From assembly GCA_963799845.1 (NCBI GenBank), contig CAWCYI010000006.1, positions 224,001-288,000 of the forward strand: a stretch of DNA of 64,000 bases. Reading direction: 5' to 3'. The position numbers and the translations under genes are program-made. Origin of the DNA: an uncultured Nitrososphaerota archaeon (lineage in GTDB: Archaea > Thermoproteota > Nitrososphaeria > Nitrososphaerales > CADDZS01). Below are positions 10,363 to 18,811 of the stretch, piece after piece. The stretch's first letter is position 1. Each line of letters starts with the position of its first letter. The notes under the pieces were generated by a model, which saw only the letters and a program-made list of their open reading frames with translations, made no database searches and was not told the DNA's origin.

Positions 10363-10575
10363 ATGATTATGGCGCAGATGTTTCCTTCAATCGGCGAAAA
10401 GAGGCCGAAGATGCCGGTGTTTACTATCGAAGAGTGCGCCAGTTGTGGAACGAAAACAAAAAGAGCATTCAAGCTCGGAGACTACGTGTACAAGGACGGA
10501 GCGCCCTGCCCAAAGTGCGGCGCGAAGACCGTAATCTCCATGATCTTCTGCGAGCTAATTCAACCGGTCAAGTAA
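10363..10575 (+). CDS. Small Zn-ribbon protein (DUF1512 neighbour)
   Basis: CASC...KRAFKLGDYVYK...CPKC. Confidence 0.8.
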   Translation: MIMAQMFPSIGEKRPKMPVFTIEECASCGTKTKRAFKLGDYVYKDGAPCPKCGAKTVISMIFCELIQPVK

Positions 10576-11467
10576 GTACTGAAAATCCAGCAGAGTTTAT
10601 CGCAACCGTGTGCTCTGCCTGGGCGACTGGTTCGGCCTTTGCCTCGACGAGCTCCGTGTACCCGTGAACCAGTTTCAGCTTGATTAATTTTGGAATGATT
10701 TCTGCCAGTTTCTTCTTCGAGAAATCTTTCTCGTACCATCTGGCAGCGAACGGAAGAGTTTTTCGATCATTCCACACAACTTCCAGGAATCTGTTTAGCT
10801 CCTGATCCTTCGCGTTCTTTCTCGCGACGACGCGGAAGATATTCTCTGAACTTCCTTCAACGACGATGCCGCTTCCTTTTGCGGTTGTGAAGAACGGCTC
10901 GACCGCATAGAACCTGCCCTGCTTGAAACTGGAAAGAGAAGGAGACCAGACGTTTGGCACGGATGTTCCCGCGTGAATGAGGTACTGATCTAGCGAATGG
11001 CCCGAGAGGTTTGAAATCGGGAGAAAACCCCTTCTCGAGGCGTACGATTCGACAGCTCTTCCCACGTCGCTCGTCCTCGCTCCATCCTTGATTACCTTGA
11101 GTGCCTCAGCAAGAGCAGACTTGGTAGCCTCTGCCATCTCCAGAAGTTCATCATTGTAGCAGAGCGTTACCGCCGTATCTGTGATGTAACCCTCGATGTG
11201 CGCCCCAAGATCGACTTTCAGAAGAGAATTATGGGGCACTACTTTCTGATCGTCAATCTCGGCAGTATAGTGAGCGGCCGACTCATTTGCGCAGATATTG
11301 CATGGAAAGGCTGGCTTTCCGCCGAGTTTGACAATGTTGGACTCTACAAACTCACATAGTTCGGTGTACGGTCTTCCCTCCCAGTTCCTCGCCGATACCT
11401 CCTTTTTCACCTGGCGACAGATCAACCCGGCCTTTGCATAAAACTCGGAAACACTCACGTTGGACAA
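10568..11467 (-). CDS. map: Methionine aminopeptidase type II
   Basis: AFPCN, AAHYT, KVDLGAHIEGYITDTA, NLSGH, AVEPF, AQAEHT. Confidence 0.96.
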   Translation of the reverse strand: MSNVSVSEFYAKAGLICRQVKKEVSARNWEGRPYTELCEFVESNIVKLGGKPAFPCNICANESAAHYTAEIDDQKVVPHNSLLKVDLGAHIEGYITDTAVTLCYNDELLEMAEATKSALAEALKVIKDGARTSDVGRAVESYASRRGFLPISNLSGHSLDQYLIHAGTSVPNVWSPSLSSFKQGRFYAVEPFFTTAKGSGIVVEGSSENIFRVVARKNAKDQELNRFLEVVWNDRKTLPFAARWYEKDFSKKKLAEIIPKLIKLKLVHGYTELVEAKAEPVAQAEHTVAINSAGFSVLT

Positions 11468-11567
11468 GAAACAGCCACTTAGAATGGAAAGTATTCTGAC
11501 TCATTACATTTAATGGATTCTTTTGCTGCAATTTGCTTTTATTGAATCCACCCGTCTTGTCGAGCAG

Positions 11568-12047
11568 ATGGAGCCTTCATACAAGTACCGGCAGATAGCC
11601 CTGGGAGGTACTTTCGACCATATTCACAGAGGTCACAAAGAGCTGCTTGCGCGCGCTTTCCAGACTGGAGAATCCGTTTTCATAGGTTTGACCAGCGACG
11701 ATTTTGCAAGGAGCACAGGGAAAAAAATTCAGCAGAACTACGCCGAGAGAAAAAAGGAGCTGGAGAAATTTCTGAGCGAAAAGTATCTGGGCAGAAAGTA
11801 CGAAATCTCAAAGCTGGAGGATCGTTTCGGCCCCGGCATATTCACCGATCGAATCGACGCGATTGCTGTCAGTACGGAGACCCTTCCCGCCGTCGAGTCG
11901 GCGAACAGGAAAAGAAGAGAGCTTGGCTTGCCAGACCTCGAAGTTGAAGTTGTTCCCATGACTCTGGCAGAGGACGATGCAAGGATCTCGAGTACGAGGA
12001 TTCGCGCCGGAGAGATCGATTCAGAAGGGCACGTTTTGAAAAAATGA
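11568..12047 (+). CDS. coaD: Phosphopantetheine adenylyltransferase (archaeal)
   Basis: GGTFDHIHRGH, GLTSD, VSTET, ISSTRIRAGEID; start ATG 11568 (alternative 11523). Confidence 0.92.
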   Translation: MEPSYKYRQIALGGTFDHIHRGHKELLARAFQTGESVFIGLTSDDFARSTGKKIQQNYAERKKELEKFLSEKYLGRKYEISKLEDRFGPGIFTDRIDAIAVSTETLPAVESANRKRRELGLPDLEVEVVPMTLAEDDARISSTRIRAGEIDSEGHVLKK

Positions 12048-12051
12048 AGAG

Positions 12052-12265
12052 TGGGGTCGGTGGGATTCTCACACATCTTCGATTCCCAAACGAATTCGGG
12101 ATCGGAAGAGGCTCTTGAACCCACGATCTACGGGTATCTCCACCCTTAGCGCTCCAATGTAACATCATCCTGTTACTGTCAGCATACCCATAGGTATTAT
12201 TTTGGACACTGGAGCCCGTCGCCTTACCTTTCCAGGTCGAAAGCGACAAGCTGGGCTACGACCCC
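12052..12265 (-). tRNA. trnW: tRNA-Trp(CCA) with three introns (12230-12248, 12136-12208, 12066-12113)
   Basis: The spliced 74-nt product GGGGTCGTAGCCCAGCTAGGTAAGGCGACGGGCTCCAGACCCGTAGATCGTGGGTTCAAGTCCCACCGACCCCA folds into a full cloverleaf; each intron has a BHB-type 4-bp helix. Confidence 0.93.
12136..12208 (-). ncRNA. Intron-encoded C/D-box guide RNA for tRNA-Trp C34 and C39
   Basis: Guide TATGGGTAT+G+CTGA pairs with ATACCCGTA; guide ACATTGGAGC+G+CTAA pairs with GCTCCAGTGT. The N+5 rule gives C39 and C34. An ATGATG C'-like box lies between the guides. Confidence 0.8.
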
Positions 12266-12401
12266 ACCCTGATTTCTCAGCGTGAAGAATTTGCGTAAAA
12301 AAGCTTTCATTGCGCGAATCAGCGTGAATTCGATCTAGATAATTTCATGTATGGTGAATAAGGGGGAACCACTCTTTCTGGATCGAAGTATTAGATTTTG
12401 G

Positions 12402-13871
12402 GTAACCATTTAGCGTTTTGAAGTAATCGGCCGAAAGCTATTTGGCCAAGATTCTCCATTGAACTTTCCGTAAGCCTTTGTCTTCGATTGACGATGAACC
12501 AAGTAATCTTCCCGAATACTACCAAAGTCAAATCGATGAACTTGAAGAACAAAACAGACTCCTGAAGGAGGAGAATAAACAGCTCAAGGAGGAGCTTGCC
12601 TCCCTCAAGACAACGCTTGGGGCAGTTGTTGCAAGGAGCATAAACGCAAAGAAGGACACTCCCGCGACCTTTACTACAACCACCTCCGATAACAGAAAGT
12701 ACCACAAGAAATCTGGGAGAAGAAAAGGTCACGAAGGCGGGACGAGAAGAAAGCCAGACCACGTTGATCATACGATGGAACTGGATCAAACTGTATGCCC
12801 CAAATGCGGAGGAGTCCTCTCAGAAAAACCTACAGACAAATACGAAAGATTTGTCGAAGATGTCGTTCCCGCAAGATTGGTTGTAACAAGATACGTAATT
12901 AAGAGGAGATATTGCTGCGGATGCAGGAGACAGATCTCTCCTGAAGTGCCCAATGTCCTCAGCAACGAGCGATTCGGGCTCAGACTGATGCTCCTTATAG
13001 TTTCGCTCAAATTGCTGGGGCTGTCGTACGCAAAAATCACCTCACTATTCAAGCTCATCTTCAATCTTGAGATGAGTGAGGCTTCGGTGGAGCACTCTGT
13101 GATGAAGGTTGCAGAAGCATTCGGTCCGCGTTACAGTGATCTCATCTCAGAAGTGAGAAATGAAAAGAGTCTGCATGGCGATGAAACAAGCTGGAGGATC
13201 AAGGGAAAGAACCACTGGCTCTGGACGTTTGTGGGCAAATGGTCGGTTATCTACGAGGTGGCAAGATCTCGAGGCAGCGAGGTTCCCATAAAGGTACTTG
13301 GTAGAGACTACGCTGGGACCGTGATAAGCGATTCATGGCCGGCATGGAACTACGTTGGAACAAAACATCAGAGATGCCTTCTGCACTACCTCCGTGATAT
13401 AGAAGACACCCAGATCTATAAGAGACCGGGAAAAGAATTCACACCGTTTTCAAAGAAACTCAAACGCATACTGAATGACGCGATAAAAGTTGGAAAGAGC
13501 GTGAATGGAAAGAGGGATCGCCTAAGAGCCAAGAAGAGGTTTGAAGCGAGGGTCGAGAAAATTAACGCATCGTATTCGACCGTGGATGAGACAAACTGCA
13601 TGCGGTTTGTCAAGCGTCTGAGAAGAGAGAAGGGAATGCTGTTCACGTTCCTTGAAGAGCTTGGAGTTGACTGGAACAACAATACAGCGGAGAGAGCAAT
13701 AAGACCAAGCGTTGTCATTAGAAAGATAACCTACGGCAACCAATCGATGGAAGGAGCAGATGCACACAAAGTGTTGATGAGCGTGAAAGAGACGTGCAGG
13801 CTGAGAGGATTGAACTTTTACGATTATGCCATGAACTATCTAAATCCAGCTTCAAAAAGCTAAACGGTTAC
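12402..13871 (+). mobile_element. IS66-family insertion sequence (single-ORF, ISBst12-like), 1470 bp
   Basis: TIRs GTAACCATTTAGCGTTTTGAAG / GTAACCGTTTAGCTTTTTGAAG (22 bp, 2 mismatches); 8-bp TSD GATTTTGG at 12394-12401 and 13872-13879. Confidence 0.96.
12478..13863 (+). CDS. tnpC: IS66 family DDE transposase
   Basis: Coiled-coil N-terminus, CPKCG Zn finger, HGDETSW, SDSW, QRCLLHYLR, NNTAERAIR. Confidence 0.95.
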   Translation: MSSIDDEPSNLPEYYQSQIDELEEQNRLLKEENKQLKEELASLKTTLGAVVARSINAKKDTPATFTTTTSDNRKYHKKSGRRKGHEGGTRRKPDHVDHTMELDQTVCPKCGGVLSEKPTDKYERFVEDVVPARLVVTRYVIKRRYCCGCRRQISPEVPNVLSNERFGLRLMLLIVSLKLLGLSYAKITSLFKLIFNLEMSEASVEHSVMKVAEAFGPRYSDLISEVRNEKSLHGDETSWRIKGKNHWLWTFVGKWSVIYEVARSRGSEVPIKVLGRDYAGTVISDSWPAWNYVGTKHQRCLLHYLRDIEDTQIYKRPGKEFTPFSKKLKRILNDAIKVGKSVNGKRDRLRAKKRFEARVEKINASYSTVDETNCMRFVKRLRREKGMLFTFLEELGVDWNNNTAERAIRPSVVIRKITYGNQSMEGADAHKVLMSVKETCRLRGLNFYDYAMNYLNPASKS

Positions 13872-13985
13872 GATTTTGGCTAATTTCTTGTATAGAGTTT
13901 TGTGCCGCTTTACGGTATCTTCGATCACATCCTCAATTTTTTCCGGCTGTGATTGCCTAACTCGTTTCCGTTTCCAATTCGCCAA
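13860..13985 (-). CDS. Putative small protein (38 aa plus 3 IS-derived aa)
   Basis: TTG-start ORF MANWKRKRVRQSQPEKIEDVIEDTVKRHKTLYKKLAKI-VTV; its original TAA lies at 12391-12393 across the IS; minus-strand BRE/TATA at about 14050-14068. Confidence 0.45.
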   Translation of the reverse strand: MANWKRKRVRQSQPEKIEDVIEDTVKRHKTLYKKLAKIVTV

Positions 13986-14099
13986 CAGTTATCATTGCAC
14001 CTAAATCTCGAATAATTGCAGTTCTTCAAATAGTAGTTCCCATTGATTCTTATATAGAATTTTTTTTCTGCGTTTCACACGCGGGCATGTTTTTTCACT

Positions 14100-14184
14100 G
14101 AAGAGCTACGTTCAAGCTCTGTTAGCCAAGAAGAGCCCGTTTCAAGCTCTGTAGCTTTCGTTCAGCTCGTTTCATGCTGTTAGT
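14100..14184. repeat. Three imperfect ~25-30 bp tandem repeats containing five AGCT sites
   Basis: gagctacgttcaagctctgttag / gagcccgtttcaagctctgtag / cagctcgtttcatgctgttag. Confidence 0.7.
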
Positions 14185-14277
14185 AAAAACTCATTAAGCA
14201 AACCGGAAAGTTCAGATCATCCGCTGGCTCTGGCAAACATTTTCTTTGGATGATTTCCGGGAGTTTCCTGTTTTTAC

Positions 14278-15783
14278 ATGAGCGAAGAAATTTCAGAGGC
14301 CTGCGGGATTTTTGGAGCGATCTCCAATGATCCTGAGTTCGACGTGTTCCCGTGCCTCTACTGGGGTCTGCTCTCGTTGAACCACAGGGGCCAGCAGTCT
14401 TACGGGTTCACGACCCTTCGCAAAGGGAAGTTTGTCAAGAGAGAGGATCTCGACCTCATTCCCACGAATCCGAGCGAAGTTGAGCACCTTTCCGCCGCAT
14501 TGAAAGGTAATGTCGGCATCTCCAACGCACGGTATGCCACGTCGGGCAGCTCCGGAGTAAAACACCTGCAGGGTGGAAAGCAACCGCTCGTTGTTTCATC
14601 CGGCAGGAATTCAATAGCGGTCAGTTACAACGGCAATATCGTCAACACCTTCAAGCTGAGAGAACCGCTTAGAGAAAGATTTGGCAGGTTCAAGACCGAC
14701 GCCGACACGGAGGTTCTCGCGAAAAAACTGCTCCTCGCATTAGAAGAGAACTCAGGAAGTTACGAGCTTGCCGTCAGGCAGGTTCTGGATGACGTCGAGG
14801 GAGCTTACTCCGTGATGGTACTCACGAATAACGGAGATTTTCACGCCTTCCGCGACATACACGGAATAAGACCTTACTGCTTTGGAAAGAAGGATGGTGT
14901 CGTCGCATTCGCGTCGGAGACTCCCGCTCTCGACATCAATGGTTTTGAAAATTTCGAGTTCATCGAACCCGGTGAACTTGTCTCAGTTTCAAAGGACTGT
15001 GAGATCACGAGAATTCAGCTGCGAAAGGCAAAGTCTGCTTTATGCTCGTTCGAATTTGCGTACTTTTCAAGACCCGATTCGATACTGAACGGAACCAGTG
15101 TTCCGGTCTACAAAATCAGAGAATCTTTTGCACGCAGTCTCGCGATGCAAAATTCCGATGTCCTATCTAGAGAAGATCTGATCTTATCAATGCCGGAAAC
15201 TGCCGATGACGCAGCCTACGGTCTCCACGAAAAGACTGGGATACCGTGGGAAAGGGCCGTTCGAAAAAATAGGTATGTTACACGAAGGGCATTCATCTCG
15301 GGAAAGGACAATCGCGAAAGCGTGATCGACAAGAAGATGAATATTGTCGCGAGTCTGGTCAAGGGCAAAAACGTCGCAGTGGTTGAGGACAGTATCGTCC
15401 GCGGCGACACGACCAGAATAAACGTGGCGAAGCTGAGAAAGGCCGGGACAAAACGGATCGATGTTTTCGTAACCTTCCCCCGGATATCAAATCCGTGCCT
15501 CTACGGCGTGGATATGTCGACCTACGGGGAGCTTCTCGGAGCCAAGATGACTCCGGAAGAGATCTCGCAGTGGATGAATGCGGACTCTGTTAACTACCAA
15601 TCAGTCCAGGGGCTGGTTGATGCGATCGGGCTGCCACAGGAATCGCTTTGTATTGCTTGCGTCACTGGGAATTATCCGACACCCGAAGCCCAGAAACTTG
15701 CTAACGAGATTCGAGCCCAGTTCCTGGAAGGCGTGTCGGAAAAGGGCGTCAGGATCTACGAGAAAAAGAAACCCGGCAGGTAG
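14278..15783 (+). CDS. purF: Amidophosphoribosyltransferase
   Basis: Propeptide followed by ACGIFG, NHRGQ, CSFEFAYFSRPDS, EDSIVRGDT, CIACVTGNYP. Confidence 0.96.
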   Translation: MSEEISEACGIFGAISNDPEFDVFPCLYWGLLSLNHRGQQSYGFTTLRKGKFVKREDLDLIPTNPSEVEHLSAALKGNVGISNARYATSGSSGVKHLQGGKQPLVVSSGRNSIAVSYNGNIVNTFKLREPLRERFGRFKTDADTEVLAKKLLLALEENSGSYELAVRQVLDDVEGAYSVMVLTNNGDFHAFRDIHGIRPYCFGKKDGVVAFASETPALDINGFENFEFIEPGELVSVSKDCEITRIQLRKAKSALCSFEFAYFSRPDSILNGTSVPVYKIRESFARSLAMQNSDVLSREDLILSMPETADDAAYGLHEKTGIPWERAVRKNRYVTRRAFISGKDNRESVIDKKMNIVASLVKGKNVAVVEDSIVRGDTTRINVAKLRKAGTKRIDVFVTFPRISNPCLYGVDMSTYGELLGAKMTPEEISQWMNADSVNYQSVQGLVDAIGLPQESLCIACVTGNYPTPEAQKLANEIRAQFLEGVSEKGVRIYEKKKPGR

Positions 15784-15794
15784 TCCTACTCGTT

Positions 15795-17060
15795 ATGCAA
15801 CGTAGTGAAAAAACGAACGTCCTTCTTGTCGGCTCCGGGGGACGAGAGCACGCAATCGCATGGAAGATTTTGAAGAGCGAGAAGATCGGGAAATTGTATG
15901 TCGCTCCCGGAAACGGAGGGACTCACGAGTTCAACATTCCGATTGGTGCAACTGAAGTAGAAAAGTTGCGCGACTTTGCCAGGGACAAGAAATGTTTCAC
16001 CTTGGTCGGCCCGGAGGCTCCTCTCGCCGCGGGAATTGTCGACAGTTTCGTATCTGAGGGCCTTCCGATCTTCGGCCCGACGATAGATCAAGCCAGATTG
16101 GAAACTAGCAAGGTCTTTGCGAAAGAGTTCATGAAGAAACACGGGATTCCAACGTCAGATTTTAGAGTGTTCGACGAAGCGCAACCCGCGATTGATTATG
16201 CAATCAGGAACAATGGAAACGTTGTAGTAAAGGCGGATGGGCTGGCTTCAGGGAAAGGCGTCTTTATCTGTTCGACTCCTGATGAAGCCGAAAGAGCAAT
16301 TCGCCTAATCCTTGAAGAGAGGATTTTCGGCAGTGCAGGTAACCGGATAATTATTGAGGAAAAACTCCAGGGAAGAGAGGCTTCGTTCATGGTAGTCTGT
16401 GATGGAAAAACCGCGATCCCATTCGGAACAGCCGTGGACCACAAGAGAGCGTTCGACAGTGATACGGGGCCAAACACTGGGGGAATGGGCGCTTTCTCGC
16501 CGGCTCCGAAAATGGTGTCAGATCAAGAAAACACCATCCGGGAAAAAATTCTGAGACCGACGGTCGAGAATTCAAAATTTCGAGGATTTCTGTATCTGGG
16601 ACTGATGTTTGACGAAGATAACTCTCCAAAAGTTCTTGAGTTTAACGTAAGGCTGGGCGATCCGGAAACCCAAGCGATTTTGCCGAGATTCGACTCTGAT
16701 CTTCTCAAACTTCTGATTGCCCACAATTCAGAGGGAGAGATCGACGAGGCTGATTTGAAATGGAGTAAGGACTCTTCATGCACGGTCGTAATGTGTTCCG
16801 AAGGATACCCCGAAAATCCCAAGACCGGATATGAAATCCACGGAATCGCAGCCGCGAAAGCTTTGGACCGAATGTTAGTTTTCCATTCTGGAACCGTTGT
16901 AAAAGACAATTCCTTTTTCACGAGCGGCGGAAGAGTCCTTTCGGTTACTGGCATCGGACCGACGAAAAGCTTGGCGGCGAAAAAGGCGTACGAAGGAGTT
17001 AGTTTGATATCGTGGCGAGGTGAGCGCCACCGTAGGGACATTTCGGCGGACGTAAAGTAG
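15795..17060 (+). CDS. purD: Phosphoribosylamine--glycine ligase
   Basis: GSGGREHA, VGPEAPL, KADGLASGKGV, GPNTGGMG, EFNVRLGDPE. Confidence 0.97.
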   Translation: MQRSEKTNVLLVGSGGREHAIAWKILKSEKIGKLYVAPGNGGTHEFNIPIGATEVEKLRDFARDKKCFTLVGPEAPLAAGIVDSFVSEGLPIFGPTIDQARLETSKVFAKEFMKKHGIPTSDFRVFDEAQPAIDYAIRNNGNVVVKADGLASGKGVFICSTPDEAERAIRLILEERIFGSAGNRIIIEEKLQGREASFMVVCDGKTAIPFGTAVDHKRAFDSDTGPNTGGMGAFSPAPKMVSDQENTIREKILRPTVENSKFRGFLYLGLMFDEDNSPKVLEFNVRLGDPETQAILPRFDSDLLKLLIAHNSEGEIDEADLKWSKDSSCTVVMCSEGYPENPKTGYEIHGIAAAKALDRMLVFHSGTVVKDNSFFTSGGRVLSVTGIGPTKSLAAKKAYEGVSLISWRGERHRRDISADVK

Positions 17061-17071
17061 GGATTTCGAAA

Positions 17072-17815
17072 TTGGAAAAAACAATTCTGGTACTTGCATC
17101 GGGCAGGGGAACGGATTTCCAGGCGATCGTCGATCATGTGAAGTTGGGAATTTTCAACGACGTGAAGGTGGCGGCCCTCATCTCCAATCACGAATCCGCG
17201 CCTGTCGTCCAGAGGGCGAAAGAAGCCGGAGTACGAGCCTTAGTCGTTCACGGGACTTCAGGCAGGAAGTTTCTCGACAACGAGGAGAGGGATGCCGCCA
17301 GAGCCAATTTTGATCAGGAATGCCTCCGGATTGCGAGGGAACTCGGGGTTAATCTGATCGTACTCGCCGGGTTCGACCAGATCCTCGGACGCAAACTCGT
17401 AGATGCTTTCACGTTCAAAATTCTAAACATCCATCCCGCCTACGACCTGAACCGATTCGGTGGCAAGGGAATGGTGGGGCGTAAAGTCCACGAAGAGGTG
17501 CTGAAGAGCGGGGCGAGCTATTCAGGCTGCGCTGTCCACTTTGTGACAAATGACATCGATCTTGGTCCAGTGATTTTGAAGAAAAAAACAAACGTAAATC
17601 CAGGAGACACGCCGGAGTCCCTCGAGAAACGAATTCTAGGTTTAGAGCACATCGCGTACCCGGAAGCGATCCAGCTAGTCCTAGATGATCGGGTGCGACT
17701 GGATGCAAGCGGAAAATCCTGTTACGTCGACCGATACAGCAGGAACTGGGACGTCGAATGGGATTCCCGGCAGCGAAAATACGTTGAGTTGCTTCAGGGC
17801 AAACTACCTTTCTGA
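17072..17815 (+). CDS. purN: Phosphoribosylglycinamide formyltransferase
   Basis: ASGRGTDFQA, LAGF, NIHP, SGCAVHFV..ID.GP. Confidence 0.93.
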   Translation: MEKTILVLASGRGTDFQAIVDHVKLGIFNDVKVAALISNHESAPVVQRAKEAGVRALVVHGTSGRKFLDNEERDAARANFDQECLRIARELGVNLIVLAGFDQILGRKLVDAFTFKILNIHPAYDLNRFGGKGMVGRKVHEEVLKSGASYSGCAVHFVTNDIDLGPVILKKKTNVNPGDTPESLEKRILGLEHIAYPEAIQLVLDDRVRLDASGKSCYVDRYSRNWDVEWDSRQRKYVELLQGKLPF

Positions 17816-17818
17816 CGA

Positions 17819-18760
17819 GTGTCTAACTGCATGGAAACAATTTCAATGTCAGCTGCCCCTCTAGCATCGCTTGTAAAAGAGCAGGTTTCACAGAGCGTCG
17901 CAGGCATGCAAAAGGAGCACGGGGTAGCGCCAAAACTGGTCGCCCTGCTCATAGGAAAAGATCCAGTGTCTCGGACGTACGTTGATCTGAAGAGGAAAGA
18001 CTGTGCGGAAGTCGGGATAATATCGGAAGTAATCGATCTCAGTTCAGAAGATATCTCTCCCGGAAGGATTCTGGAGGTAATCAAGGATCTGAACGACGAC
18101 CCTGCGGTTCATGCAATCATCCCGCAGATGCCGTTTAGTAGAAAAATCCCGGAAGAGTCCGTTTTCTCTACGCTGAGTCCCGGTAAAGACGTAGACGGAT
18201 TAACTCCATTTCGACTGGGAAAGTTGATCAGGACCGAGTATGAATTGGAACACTCTCTGCTTCCGTGCACTCCAAAAGGAATCACTCTGCTGTGCAAATA
18301 CTACACCGTACCGCTGGAAGGGGCCGACGTTGTAATTGTGGGCAGAGGCATCCTTGTCGGCGAACCGTTGAGGAAGCTCCTTCAGGATCTTAATGCCACC
18401 GTTACCTGCTGTCACACCAAGACGAGAAACCTTCCACAGAAATTAAAGGATGCAGATATCGTGGTTGCGGCTAGCGGAAGGCCGCCAGAGATCTGCGGGG
18501 ACCGCGGCTTCCGGCTCACTGGTGACATGGTCAAGGAAGGTTGCACAGTTATTTCTGTTGGAGTAAGCAAAGATCCAGCATCCGGGAAAATGCTCTTCGA
18601 CATCGACTCTAACTCGCTAAAGGGGAAGTGCAAGTTTATGACCCCCAACACGGGGGGTGTCGGTGTCATGACGAGGGCTTGTCTGCTTCAAAACACAATC
18701 ATCGCTGCCACGCAAAAGTTAACAGAAAATCGATCGACAGAATCTGGTACTACATTTTAG
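17819..18760 (+). CDS. folD: Methylenetetrahydrofolate dehydrogenase/cyclohydrolase
   Basis: KDVDG, LPCTPKG, GGVG.MT; start could be 17831. Confidence 0.92.
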   Translation: MSNCMETISMSAAPLASLVKEQVSQSVAGMQKEHGVAPKLVALLIGKDPVSRTYVDLKRKDCAEVGIISEVIDLSSEDISPGRILEVIKDLNDDPAVHAIIPQMPFSRKIPEESVFSTLSPGKDVDGLTPFRLGKLIRTEYELEHSLLPCTPKGITLLCKYYTVPLEGADVVIVGRGILVGEPLRKLLQDLNATVTCCHTKTRNLPQKLKDADIVVAASGRPPEICGDRGFRLTGDMVKEGCTVISVGVSKDPASGKMLFDIDSNSLKGKCKFMTPNTGGVGVMTRACLLQNTIIAATQKLTENRSTESGTTF

Positions 18761-18811
18761 TGAAAGCAGATGGAGCGAATTTCACTTGGTCAATTTCAAT
18801 CGTGAATTAAT

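Noticed and set aside
14100-14184. Degenerate CRISPR array
   Set aside because: Repeats are nearly adjacent with no unique spacers, and there are no cas genes in the window
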